Part shown: positions 28,776 to 38,324 of the stretch, piece by piece
How the letters are laid out: the number at the start of each line of letters is the position of its first letter
Position numbering within the stretch: position 1 is the stretch's first letter
Notes under the pieces: generated by a model
The model's input: only the letters and a program-made list of their open reading frames with translations
Told to the model about the DNA's origin: nothing
The model's database searches: none
Position numbers and translations under genes: made by a program
Assembly (NCBI GenBank): GCA_963663035.1
Contig: OY760074.1
Location: 3,200,001 to 3,264,000, forward strand
DNA from: Acidobacteriota bacterium
Lineage (GTDB): Bacteria > Acidobacteriota > UBA6911 > RPQK01 > JADFOI01
Direction: 5' to 3'
Length of the DNA: 64,000 nt

Positions 28776-28914
28776 CAGGAGACAGGAGACAGGAGTCAGG
28801 AGGTAGGAGACAGGAGTCAGGAGTCAGGTGACAGGAGACAGGAGACAGGAGTCAGGAGACAGGAGTCAGGAGACAGGAGTCAGGTGACAGGACAGGTGAC
28901 AGGAGACAGGTGAC
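28721..28914. repeat. Heptamer tandem array, 27 units of AGGAGAC/AGGAGTC/AGGAGGT/AGGTGAC
   Basis: Counted 27 heptamers plus one 5-nt truncated unit (28889-28893). Confidence 0.95.
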
Positions 28915-28949
28915 ACAGATGCTCTGTGACTTTCTCAGAGAGATTCTAC

Positions 28950-29033
28950 CTCCTACCTCCTACCTCCTACCTCCTACCTCCTACCTCCTACCTCCTACCT
29001 CCTGCCTCCTGCCTCCTGCCTCCTGCCTCCTGC
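28950..29033. repeat. Heptamer tandem array CTCCTAC x7 + CTCCTGC x5
   Basis: Counted directly; complementary in sense to the preceding AGGAG array. Confidence 0.95.
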
Positions 29034-29067
29034 CTTCTATGACCCAGGGCTGTGCTAACATTCCTTT

Positions 29068-29811
29068 GTGCACTGTCCTCGCTGTAGAGTCCAGATATCC
29101 GAAAGTCGCTGTCCTCATTGCGGGACTGAACTCACCTCCAGTTCTCTGTTTGACTACAGGGGAGATGACCCGGCCCAGAAATCCACCGAGAATAAAGTTG
29201 CGATCTTTGCCGGGAGGGCTCGCCAATCGCAAACTGTGGTGGAGAAACCGCTGATTCGAAAGCCTGTCAGTTCCAGTCTGAAGGCTCGATCTCACCTTCC
29301 GAAACAACAGGCGCTGACACTGGAGTCCCCTGCCGTGGGACCACCAGCGGTGTCCTCCAGTTCCGACGGAGAAGAAGCTGCCGGCAGCGAGACCGGACTC
29401 TCGCATGAAGTTATTTTTTCTCGAATGTTAGCTGGAATGATTGATCTTTCTCTGCCTGTCTTGATTGCCTTTGTCTTCAGTTACTCGGCATCGAAGATTC
29501 TGAACTTCGACTTTTTCTCAGCAAACTCCGTACAGCTCGGAGTGGTGTTTTCGCTGTGCTTTTTCTTTCTCAATTCCTTTTTTTTTCTTGTCCTGAGCGG
29601 TCAGACGCCGGGAATGTATTTGACCGATTTGCAGTTAGTGGGAGAAGAGTCAGAGACTGTCTCCTTTCAATCTCTGCTACTCCGAGTCTGCCTCTTCCTG
29701 CCCGTAGCGGCAACTGTGGTGGGGTTACTCTGGAGTGTCTTTGACCCTTGGTGCAGATGCGTACACGACCGTCTTTCTAAGACGCGGGTGGTTCCCTGCA
29801 GTCACGGTTAG
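29068..29811 (+). CDS. RDD-family membrane protein with N-terminal zinc ribbon
   Basis: CPRC...CPHCG; SRMLAGMID, GQTPGM, HDRLSKTRVV. Confidence 0.88.
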   Translation: MHCPRCRVQISESRCPHCGTELTSSSLFDYRGDDPAQKSTENKVAIFAGRARQSQTVVEKPLIRKPVSSSLKARSHLPKQQALTLESPAVGPPAVSSSSDGEEAAGSETGLSHEVIFSRMLAGMIDLSLPVLIAFVFSYSASKILNFDFFSANSVQLGVVFSLCFFFLNSFFFLVLSGQTPGMYLTDLQLVGEESETVSFQSLLLRVCLFLPVAATVVGLLWSVFDPWCRCVHDRLSKTRVVPCSHG

Positions 29812-29814
29812 GGC

Positions 29815-30282
29815 TCATGCGGCCGGGCTCTCTACCTCTCTTAAGAACTGATCGACTAGAACCTTCAAATGAGGGCGGCATCGGTATTCCACATCAGGAT
29901 CCCTCATGAAGGTATTGACAATCACACACATTATGACGACCACTTCTTGTGAAGGCGACGATTGAAAGACAGAATTTCGAAGAGAGACCAGAGCCTCTTC
30001 AAAGTCGTCCTGCTCGATGAAGCGTCCCAGTGGGAAACTCTCTAAAATCAGCCGGATAATATTCCCAAAAGCAGGATAATCCTCTTCGTAAACGACCAGG
30101 GGGACAAGATACTCCTGGTCCAGTTCAAGCTCGAGTTCTTGGTCGGCAAGACCCTGTTGGTCTAATAGAGTCTGAATTCCCGTAGCTTTTAACTGCCACG
30201 GTTTTCGGATGAGGACTTGGACCAATACGAATATCAGGGCACCCGTGAAGGCCAGCAAGAGAGGAAGGTAGTTAATTGACAT
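29815..30282 (-). CDS. Hypothetical protein with N-terminal TM helix
   Basis: 155-aa ORF overlapping the upstream gene's end; no family recognised. Confidence 0.6.
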   Translation of the reverse strand: MSINYLPLLLAFTGALIFVLVQVLIRKPWQLKATGIQTLLDQQGLADQELELELDQEYLVPLVVYEEDYPAFGNIIRLILESFPLGRFIEQDDFEEALVSLRNSVFQSSPSQEVVVIMCVIVNTFMRDPDVEYRCRPHLKVLVDQFLREVESPAA

Positions 30283-32194
30283 CAGCTGATCGATCAGAGG
30301 GTGGGATCACATAGACCCCGTCGGAACTTGTTCCAGCTAGTAATTCTCCAAATGAGTTGAAGCCCAGTGCGGCAATCCTGGAACTGTTGAGTCCTGGCTG
30401 TATGATCTTCCAATCATCGCCTCCATTTTCCGTGTAAAACAGATGACCAACCAGCAGGTCAGCGGCGAAAATCTGGTTCATCGCCTTCGGATTAGCTTCA
30501 ATGGCGATAATGTCAATCGGATAAACACCTTCAGACTTTGACCACTGCTCACCGCCGTCATCGCTGAAGAAGAGGCCATCGCGGGTACCGCTAAAAAGAC
30601 GTTCCCCACTCTTCTCCAAAACGTGAATGGGAGCATCGGGAAGCCCGCTCGCCTTCATTTTCCAGGTCTTTCCACCATTGTCGGATCGGAAGAGCCCCTT
30701 GTCGGTAGCTGCAAAAAGCTGAGCTGAATCTTGATCATAGAGGACGGCCTTGGCCTGACCCTCCTGGGCGGGGATTTCCAGCTTCGTCAACCTGTCCTCC
30801 ACAGGGTCCAGATGAAAAAACCCGTCTGGGGTGGCCAGGAAAAGCCCCTTTTCACCCGCATCTGCAAAAGCAAGATCAACAACCGCCAAATCGTGGGTTG
30901 TGTTGATACTCTGCCATGGTTCACCTGAGGGAACACCTACAAACACCCCCTTGTGGGTGCCCACGTAAACTTGCCGGCTGAGATGAGCGGGTAAGATCGT
31001 CTTGACATCAGCCATGGCATCATCCAGCCCCTCATTGAAAGTCTCCCAATGCAGTCCTTTGTCACTGGAGAAGAAGAACCCTCCATAATGACCATCCGAG
31101 GCGACACTTGCGTAGTAATGATGCATCCGATTGGGATCGGAAGCGACCGCTACCACTTGACGATTGATAAACCCGCGATTAGCAGGAGAAAACGTCAAGC
31201 CGCCATCATCGCTCTTCAGAAGTCCCGCATCATCCGTTCCCACCAGGATGACCTTATCGTTTTCAGGGTGTACTGCAATCGAATTGACAACAACGCCGGT
31301 GAAGAGAACCTGCCAGCTGCTACCGGCGTCACGGGAAGCAAACAGCCCTACCGTCGTTCCAGCATAAATGGTGTTGGGGTCGGAGGGATCCAGATGAAGG
31401 GTTCGGGTTCTTTTCGCCTCCGTCGGTAATCCGTTTTGGAGTTTCGTCCATTCGAGGCCACCGTTTTCGGACTTGTAGACACCGGTACAGGCACTGGAAA
31501 AAAGGACTTCAGGGTTGTGGGGATTCACAAGCAGAGAAAACATATCGCTGTCCAGAAGCATTCCTTCATGAATGGCATTCCACTTTTCCCCCAGGTTGGT
31601 CGTCTTCCAACCCAGATGCCAGGTCCCAACGTACAGCGTATTGGAGTCTTGAGGATCGAAGGCCAGCGATTCCACATTGTACATGCTGCGATAGCCTCGA
31701 GTGATCCGGTCCCAGGTTTCTCCGCCGTCCAAACTGAGGATGACACCTTCGGTGATTCCCAAGGCGATCTGTTGGGGATCCAAGGGGGCGATAGCAATGG
31801 CCCGGATGGCACTGCTGAAGCGGTCCAGTGAAATCTCCTGCCAGGTTCGTCCTCTGTCTCTGGTTCGGAAAAGCCACCCCTTGTCACTCTTCAGTTCCCA
31901 GCTTGCTGCATACAGGGTGTTGGGATCGAGGGGATCGAAAGCCAGGTTGTCGACGACGAGGTCCCGCCGATCGAGCCCCGGGAGCAATTGACTCCAGCTT
32001 TCTCCAGCATCCTCTGAGACAAAGATCTGGCCATCTGATGTCCCCAGAAAAAAGGTCTCCGGTCGGTCTGGATGCACTGCCAGAGACCGAACGTCACCAC
32101 CATAGGGGCCAAGAGCTGTGGCCGCCGGTTGGGCCCAGCCCCAGGAGCTGAAGGCCACCATGAGGAAGCAGAGAAACAAAACAAAAATTCGCAT
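30272..32194 (-). CDS. Secreted BNR/YCF48-like beta-propeller protein
   Basis: Signal peptide MRIFVLF..., and many S.D.G.(S/T)W Asp-box repeats. Confidence 0.85.
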   Translation of the reverse strand: MRIFVLFLCFLMVAFSSWGWAQPAATALGPYGGDVRSLAVHPDRPETFFLGTSDGQIFVSEDAGESWSQLLPGLDRRDLVVDNLAFDPLDPNTLYAASWELKSDKGWLFRTRDRGRTWQEISLDRFSSAIRAIAIAPLDPQQIALGITEGVILSLDGGETWDRITRGYRSMYNVESLAFDPQDSNTLYVGTWHLGWKTTNLGEKWNAIHEGMLLDSDMFSLLVNPHNPEVLFSSACTGVYKSENGGLEWTKLQNGLPTEAKRTRTLHLDPSDPNTIYAGTTVGLFASRDAGSSWQVLFTGVVVNSIAVHPENDKVILVGTDDAGLLKSDDGGLTFSPANRGFINRQVVAVASDPNRMHHYYASVASDGHYGGFFFSSDKGLHWETFNEGLDDAMADVKTILPAHLSRQVYVGTHKGVFVGVPSGEPWQSINTTHDLAVVDLAFADAGEKGLFLATPDGFFHLDPVEDRLTKLEIPAQEGQAKAVLYDQDSAQLFAATDKGLFRSDNGGKTWKMKASGLPDAPIHVLEKSGERLFSGTRDGLFFSDDGGEQWSKSEGVYPIDIIAIEANPKAMNQIFAADLLVGHLFYTENGGDDWKIIQPGLNSSRIAALGFNSFGELLAGTSSDGVYVIPPSDRSADVN

Positions 32195-32285
32195 GTTAAT
32201 CCCTTTTATTCTACCCAATTACAGGATGAAATGTCTTCTGTTCATGATTTCGTGCTTCACGCCAGCGCCTAAGTTGTTCAGCAGT

Positions 32286-33536
32286 CTACCTGTTCTCAAC
32301 CGTGATCTCGGTTGAACAGGAAGCTGTGCGTTCTCCGTCACCGACCTCGGCTGTCACCGTATACTTTCCGGCCTGCAGTCCGGTGGAGTCAAAGACCACT
32401 GTGGTGCCTTGCTGGGAAATGTGCCCGCTGTTGGTTCTCCACGTGAGGCTCAAGAAGCTGTCATCAGAATCTGTAATCTGAACCCGAACAGTAGCCGAAT
32501 CTCCCTCTGTGACAATGGTTTGCTCTGGATCGCACCGAATCGTGGGAGCTCGATTGATCTTTCGATGGAAGGCTATTTGAAAGAACCACCCAGATCGGTC
32601 GGTGGACTGAATGTCAAAATTCGGCAGATCCGAATTAATAGAGCGAAGGTTGATGTTGTATGCAGCGGACAGAGACATCCATTTTGAGGATGAGATCTGC
32701 ACTCCAAGGTAGAGATCCAACGGCGATTTTGGATTGGCTCCTGTCTCTCCTTCGCCGACGAAGAGACTGCCTACCAGTTCTACAATGGTGCGAATGCGTC
32801 CTGTGCCGATGGGCAGCGCAGAACCGACTCCGTAGTTGTGCCGGTCTTGCAGATGGATGTCCTGTGAGCTGCCTGCAAAGAGATAGCCGTAGTTTGCGGT
32901 GAAGGTTCCCCCTCGAGGCAATTCCTTAGACAGAATCAGATCGAAACCGGCTTCGAGAGCACCGTTTGTCAAACCCCGCAAAAGGCGGCTCCGGCTGTCT
33001 GAGAGTGGAACCTTGATCACTGGCTGAATGGCCAGGCCAAGGGGGGCACCCTGTAGCTCGGAAAGGAGGTTGATTTTAGTCCCGCTCCAGAGTTCCCCTG
33101 AGCCTTCACCGGAGCCAACGTCCAAGAACGGTGCATCATTGAAGAAGCCCACCGTGCCGAGATTGTTGTCCAGGCGCGCGGGAACGATGGGAGCGCCAGC
33201 CGCGATCTTGTCGACTCTAATGGCATCGGCATTGACTTTCCGGTGGGCTTCCCAGGAAACAAAGAACTCGACGCGATCATGCAGGCCCACAGTGAGTGAA
33301 ACTGGAAACAGAGTGAAGTCGAGATCTCCTGGCTCTCGATTGAAATGGGTGAGGTTCAGGCCAAGACTGAGTTCACCCTGGCGCAGGGAATCAGCCACAA
33401 AGAGATTGAACAGGCCAGTCGACCCCTTTGCGCTGGGCGTCAGTTGTTTGATTCTTTCTCTGTTGCGGGCAGCACCTGTGGTGATGACAAAGAATGCCAG
33501 AGCAGAGAAAATGAGAAGTTGTCTCAGCCGAACCAT
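32286..33536 (-). CDS. Putative outer-membrane beta-barrel with C-terminal PKD/Ig-like domain
   Basis: Signal peptide, GSTGLF...ADSL..G motif, beta-strand patterning, and C-terminal NRAPTI..DSD...LTW...FD..GL..GKYTV. Confidence 0.6.
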   Translation of the reverse strand: MVRLRQLLIFSALAFFVITTGAARNRERIKQLTPSAKGSTGLFNLFVADSLRQGELSLGLNLTHFNREPGDLDFTLFPVSLTVGLHDRVEFFVSWEAHRKVNADAIRVDKIAAGAPIVPARLDNNLGTVGFFNDAPFLDVGSGEGSGELWSGTKINLLSELQGAPLGLAIQPVIKVPLSDSRSRLLRGLTNGALEAGFDLILSKELPRGGTFTANYGYLFAGSSQDIHLQDRHNYGVGSALPIGTGRIRTIVELVGSLFVGEGETGANPKSPLDLYLGVQISSSKWMSLSAAYNINLRSINSDLPNFDIQSTDRSGWFFQIAFHRKINRAPTIRCDPEQTIVTEGDSATVRVQITDSDDSFLSLTWRTNSGHISQQGTTVVFDSTGLQAGKYTVTAEVGDGERTASCSTEITVENR

Positions 33537-33680
33537 GCGTACTTCCTCATCGTGAGAGTGATTCCGGGCTCATTATACTCAGAGACACTATGTTCTCAAT
33601 TTATCATGCAGTTGTCGTAGAATGTGTGTTCTATGGAATCATCAGAGGCTCTGACTGGGGCTGGGAAAGGAGGGGATTTC

Positions 33681-34439
33681 ATGAGCCGTTTCCTGGCCCT
33701 CTTCGAGGTCCTTTTAGTGGCTCTGGCAGGACAGTTTCTCATCCAGCTGGGATTCATGGTTTTCAACATAGGCCCCTCTCAGCTTCTGGGTGACACTCGG
33801 ATTCTCTTTATATCTCTGGCTTCAGAAGCCTGTATTTCCCTGGCTCTCATAGCCCTGTTTTTGCGATCTCGGGGCCAAAGCCTGCGCACAATCGGTTGGA
33901 TTTGGGAGAAAAGTGGCCGCGAAGCCTTATTGGGAATCAGTTGTGTTCCCTTCCTTTTCGCCTCCACCTTTTTGGTGGGCATCTTTTTCACCTTCGTCTT
34001 ACCCCAATATGTTTCCACCACTAACCCGCTGTTGGAGTCGGTAAAGGGCTATGGGGCCCTGATTACCCTTCTAGTCACCAGCATTCTTGTGGGGGGAATT
34101 AAGGAAGAGATCCAGCGAGCTTTTATCCTGGATCGGTTTGAGCGTTATTTAGGACCAGTCTTTCTCACATTGTTCTTCACAATCTTCGGTCATAAGAGGG
34201 TAGCTGATGAACAGGCCGGTCGTACGCTGGGGCTCATTGTGGGACTGATCTTGTGGAGCTTGTTCTTCGCCTTGGGACACGCTCTCCAAGGAGTCGATAG
34301 CGCGGCCGGAGCGGGGATTCTTGGACTCTGCTTTGGCCTTCTTTACATTTGGCGCCGGAATCTCGTAGCCCCAATGCTTGCCCATGCCCTTTTTGATGTG
34401 ACAACCTTGCTCGCCTTTTGGTTCTTCGTTAGAAATTAG
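33681..34439 (+). CDS. CPBP-family (CAAX/Abi) intramembrane glutamic protease
   Basis: EEIQR, FALGH and AHALFD motifs in a polytopic protein; GGAGG SD before ATG 33681. Confidence 0.85.
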   Translation: MSRFLALFEVLLVALAGQFLIQLGFMVFNIGPSQLLGDTRILFISLASEACISLALIALFLRSRGQSLRTIGWIWEKSGREALLGISCVPFLFASTFLVGIFFTFVLPQYVSTTNPLLESVKGYGALITLLVTSILVGGIKEEIQRAFILDRFERYLGPVFLTLFFTIFGHKRVADEQAGRTLGLIVGLILWSLFFALGHALQGVDSAAGAGILGLCFGLLYIWRRNLVAPMLAHALFDVTTLLAFWFFVRN

Positions 34440-35192
34440 CTACTCTCTGAGGATCTCTTCCAATCTCTCGAGAGTCTTTCCAGCAGCCCTTTGCTGAGCT
34501 TCTTTTTTCGTTCTGCCGCTGGCCTTGCCCCAGCATTTGCCGCGAATATGAACCTCGACGACAAACTTTTTGCTGTGATCTGGCCCCAGTTCCTCCACCA
34601 CTCGATAGTTCGGTTCCGTCAATCCTCGAGCATGCAATTTTTCTTGTAGCAGGGACTTGCCGTCTTGAAAATCCAGTTTCTCCTGGGCGAGCTTCTCGAG
34701 CCGGGAGCCAAAACGCCAGAGAACAAAGCGACGAGCAGGCTCCAGTCCTCCATCCAGATAGATGGCGGCAACCAGGCTTTCAAAAAGATCTGCCCGAAGG
34801 CCCTCTTTTTTCCTCCCCCCTGTTTTCTCTTCGCCGCGGCCCAGCCTCAGAAAGGCTCCCAAATCCAACTCCCCAGAGAGAGAAGCTAAATAGTTGGCCG
34901 AGACAAGAAAGGATCTGATCTTTGAAAGCGCTCCTTCGTTCAGTGATGGATGGGTTCGAAACAGATGTTCGCTGATGAGATAGCCGAGTATGCTGTCACC
35001 CAGAAATTCGAGAACTTCGTAACTCTCTGTAGTCTCTCCCTCTAAACTCGATTTTTGCTCGTTGATAAAAGAAGTGTGGGTGAGTGCCCGCTCTAAAAGT
35101 TGCCGATTGGTGAAGGAGTATCCGAGTCGGGTTTCCAGCTCCTGCAACTCTTTGAGCCTGGCGGAAGGTTTACCAGGATTGGTCTTTCCCAT
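34440..35192 (-). CDS. rnc: Ribonuclease III
   Basis: ALTHTS, EVLEFLGDS, ADLFES, and dsRBD K.LLQE...GPDH...KKEAQQ.AA. Confidence 0.95.
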   Translation of the reverse strand: MGKTNPGKPSARLKELQELETRLGYSFTNRQLLERALTHTSFINEQKSSLEGETTESYEVLEFLGDSILGYLISEHLFRTHPSLNEGALSKIRSFLVSANYLASLSGELDLGAFLRLGRGEEKTGGRKKEGLRADLFESLVAAIYLDGGLEPARRFVLWRFGSRLEKLAQEKLDFQDGKSLLQEKLHARGLTEPNYRVVEELGPDHSKKFVVEVHIRGKCWGKASGRTKKEAQQRAAGKTLERLEEILRE

Positions 35193-35242
35193 GGGGAGAG
35201 GGTATTGAAAGACCCCTCAAAGTTTCAAGGAACCAGCTGATA

Positions 35243-36652
35243 TTAATAGTTCTGCTGAGGGGTCTGTGGTCGCTCCCGCGGTTGCTGCTGCTGTTCCTGT
35301 TGCTGCTGCAGTAGCTGTTCCTGCTCCTCCAGTTGGCGCTGCAACCTTTGCTCTTCCTCCGCCTCCAGCTGCTGGATGTGTGCTTCTCTCTCAGCGAGTT
35401 TCTGGTCAATAAAGTCACGCTGCTCTTGTGTTATCTGCCCGATGCCTTCTACATCTCTGCCGAGAGCTGCATAGACTCTCTCCAGCATCTGGGCAGCCAG
35501 CTCCGACGAGATGCCGTTGGAGGCTACGGCTCGGGCGTAACTTCGGACGGAATTCTCGGCGTCATCCAACCTGGCGTAAGCGTCGCCCAGCCGGAAGTAA
35601 GCTCGATCGTACTCGGGCTCCGACTCTGCCGCATTTTCGAGGTATTCGACTGATCTTTCTAAAGTGAACTTCGGGTCTCCTGCCATGGTCAGTGATTTCT
35701 TCAGATAAGCCAATCCCTGAGCGTAGTTGGCATCAGCCACAGCTCGATCTCTCAGCCTTACCCATGAACCAACCGGGTCATCGGCAGGTTTCTCTGTTGT
35801 CTCCAGGATTTCCAGCCCCTCTAGGGAGTAGTCGATCGCTCTGTTATTTTCACCTTGCTCGGCAAGGACCAGAGCCAGCATAGGACGTAATTCGAAGTCA
35901 TCCGGACTCAATGCGAGAGCTTTCTCAGCGTGCAGGACGACATTGTCAAAGTCGTTGAGTTGCCGGTAGGAGATCGACAAACGCTTGTGAACAGTGGCGG
36001 CCAGTGCGCTTTCAGGAAACTGGGCCAGGAAGTCTTGTCCCAAGCCAATCACTTCTTCAGGCACGTTCGTCTGGGTTATCACTGCTTCCCAGGCAGTCAG
36101 TTCGGCGTCGAAGAAGGTTACCGTCTCGAGTGCCTGCAACACCTCCTCGACCTCCTCTTCGGACTTACCGAGAGCCGTAATGCTAAGGAGTGAGTCTTCC
36201 CCTACGGCAGCTAGCAGAGACTGGTATGTCCTGTCCCTGCGCCCGCCACTGCGGAAGTCCATGCGGTAAAACAGGGTGTCGGAGTAAGTGACCTGACGCG
36301 TATCGCCCCGCTGCTCAAAATCCTGTTCCTCCATTTCGGCCCTAACGTTGGCCAGATAGCCCTGTCCGGTCTGCATGACCTGGTTCATGAATTCGTCGTT
36401 GGACAGGTCTCCGGAGAACACCACCATCCCTGGAAGGTCAGAGTTTGAGGGCGAACCTCTCAAAGTTGTTCCTACCTGACCCTCTACCTCGCGCACGGCC
36501 CAGTTTTCCGGGAATTGGATCGTGAACCCAAGACTCGTGTTGGTGTATAGATTATCTTCGATTAGGAAGCCAACAGACTGCTGGGGAGCAGCTGGGAGCC
36601 ACAGCACTGAAGCGAGTGCTGCCGATGTCAATCCAGATATGAGATGCTTCAT
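35243..36652 (-). CDS. Secreted TPR-repeat protein with Q/E-rich tail
   Basis: Signal peptide from ATG 36652 (GGAGG SD), N-terminal GFTIQFPENW (PsbP-like) region, and TPR-like helices. Confidence 0.75.
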   Translation of the reverse strand: MKHLISGLTSAALASVLWLPAAPQQSVGFLIEDNLYTNTSLGFTIQFPENWAVREVEGQVGTTLRGSPSNSDLPGMVVFSGDLSNDEFMNQVMQTGQGYLANVRAEMEEQDFEQRGDTRQVTYSDTLFYRMDFRSGGRRDRTYQSLLAAVGEDSLLSITALGKSEEEVEEVLQALETVTFFDAELTAWEAVITQTNVPEEVIGLGQDFLAQFPESALAATVHKRLSISYRQLNDFDNVVLHAEKALALSPDDFELRPMLALVLAEQGENNRAIDYSLEGLEILETTEKPADDPVGSWVRLRDRAVADANYAQGLAYLKKSLTMAGDPKFTLERSVEYLENAAESEPEYDRAYFRLGDAYARLDDAENSVRSYARAVASNGISSELAAQMLERVYAALGRDVEGIGQITQEQRDFIDQKLAEREAHIQQLEAEEEQRLQRQLEEQEQLLQQQQEQQQQPRERPQTPQQNY

Positions 36653-36746
36653 TTTACCCTCCAATATTTCGTCTCCAAAATCATTGATTCGACTGTTGTA
36701 TTTGACCGTTGAAGAATTCTGACACAAAAAAGAGAACGATGAAAGC

Positions 36747-38294
36747 TCAAGGCAACTGCTCGATAGATTCTTGAGCCTCCTCTTTGGCCCCTTGTAAATC
36801 GCCTTCCATTTCCAGGACCTGATCAAAGGAAGTTCGAGCCTCGCCAAATTGGCCTTGGAAGGCGTGGTAATTCCCGATCCGAGCTAGGGACCAGGCCCGA
36901 ACCCAATCGGGAACGCCAGGGGAACTGGCGGCCCGGCTATAGTGCCGGAAGGCTTGTTCGTACTGGTCCCTCTGAGAAGCGATTTGAGCGAGATAAAAGT
37001 AAGCATTTCCATTCTCGGGATCCTCTTCCAAGAGGCTCGCGAGGCGTTCACTTGCAGCTTGATACTCACTGTTCGAGAGTAGGACCGCTGCTTGATTCAG
37101 GAGGGAACTCACCCGGTTGCGCTGATCGACTTCCTCCTGAAGCCTCCTTTGGTTATCAGCCTGCTCTGCCTGCTCCAGCATCAGCTCATCTTCAAGAGCT
37201 GCAATGGTTTTGGCATCTTCCTCAATCTGTGACGGGTGGATGTCCTGAAAGAGGGTTTCCACATAAGACGGAAATGAAATCAGCTCCGTTTGCTCGTATT
37301 GCCTGAGACCTCGCTGGAAGTAAGGCACAAAAATAAAGCCTTGACGAAACAGGTTGACCACTTCGCGGTCGGGGTCCTCCGGAGGGTGAAGCCTTAAGAG
37401 AATACTTTCGATCAAGGACTCTGCCACCAGTAGAAAATATTTGTTCTGATACTGCTCTTGCAGCCGCGGTTGTCTCTGGGCAAGCTCCAGAAGATCACCG
37501 TGCTCCAGTAGCAGGAGTCCAAACTTTTCCACCAAGGGATCGATCAGAAAATGGAGGTACCCGTGTTGGAGTTGATGATGATTCTCTGCCGCGTTGTCTG
37601 TAGGACCAACCACAATGGAGTAGACCCTCTCCAGGCCGCGGGCATTGACCATAGTCTTAGCGTTGAGGAGGTCTGGAATGAGGACAATTTTCCGGTCAAG
37701 GACAAATCGCGGCGGAATCCGAAAATATTGCAAAGTTTGCTGGATCAGCTCTCTCAGAACCGGCCGATAGGCTGTCAGCTCGTCCGAATAGGCTGGTTGA
37801 TAGCGTTGCCACAAGGTCGCGACACCTGCCTTTTGGTAAAATTCCTGGACAAGAGTCTCAAATCCTCGTACCTGCCAGGCATCCGCTGGCATGTCTTCCG
37901 CGTTCACGGTCAGCTGGAAGTCAGGCGGTCCTGACATCAACAGAGCCAGGGAGACATACGCCACCTGGTCGGCGCTCCTGTCGCTGCCCAGCCGATGGCC
38001 ATTGTAGAATGTTCGAAGCCGCTCCAGGAGGCCGGGATCTGTCTGTTGAAGTTCTTGCCGGAGAGCCTGGCGGACCTGGGACATCTCCCTTCCCGGGGTC
38101 TCATAGTTAAACCCGGCGGCGTTCAGGGCCGCCAAAACGGTGAAGATGCGAACGTCAACCGTGAGCTCCATGTTGACGAGATCTGCCAGCGAGTCCGAAG
38201 TCTGAGCAGTGAGCACTGACAACTGACAGCTGAGGGTTGCCCACAGACAGCCGACCAGAAGCAGTTTGTCGATTCGAAAAGCTGTTTTCATCAC
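36747..38294 (-). CDS. Secreted protein with C-terminal TPRs and a degenerate zincin-like motif
   Basis: Signal peptide, FTVLAALNAAG, HGYLH...ESL, and TPRs (DPENGNAYFYLAQ). Confidence 0.75.
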   Translation of the reverse strand: MMKTAFRIDKLLLVGCLWATLSCQLSVLTAQTSDSLADLVNMELTVDVRIFTVLAALNAAGFNYETPGREMSQVRQALRQELQQTDPGLLERLRTFYNGHRLGSDRSADQVAYVSLALLMSGPPDFQLTVNAEDMPADAWQVRGFETLVQEFYQKAGVATLWQRYQPAYSDELTAYRPVLRELIQQTLQYFRIPPRFVLDRKIVLIPDLLNAKTMVNARGLERVYSIVVGPTDNAAENHHQLQHGYLHFLIDPLVEKFGLLLLEHGDLLELAQRQPRLQEQYQNKYFLLVAESLIESILLRLHPPEDPDREVVNLFRQGFIFVPYFQRGLRQYEQTELISFPSYVETLFQDIHPSQIEEDAKTIAALEDELMLEQAEQADNQRRLQEEVDQRNRVSSLLNQAAVLLSNSEYQAASERLASLLEEDPENGNAYFYLAQIASQRDQYEQAFRHYSRAASSPGVPDWVRAWSLARIGNYHAFQGQFGEARTSFDQVLEMEGDLQGAKEEAQESIEQLP

Positions 38295-38324
38295 AAAGGC
38301 GTACGCTTATTTTAGCACGGACTT

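Noticed and set aside
28721-29033. Possible CRISPR array
   Set aside because: The units are contiguous 7-mers with no unique spacers, and there are no cas genes in the window.
28910-29406. ORFs with LLPPTSY / RRQEAG repeats
   Set aside because: They are translations of the heptamer arrays and overlap the RDD gene.
33681-34439. Abi-named domain or SLOG genes as an anti-phage defence island
   Set aside because: The CPBP protease, LOG and cpYpsA genes are scattered among housekeeping genes with no effector partners.
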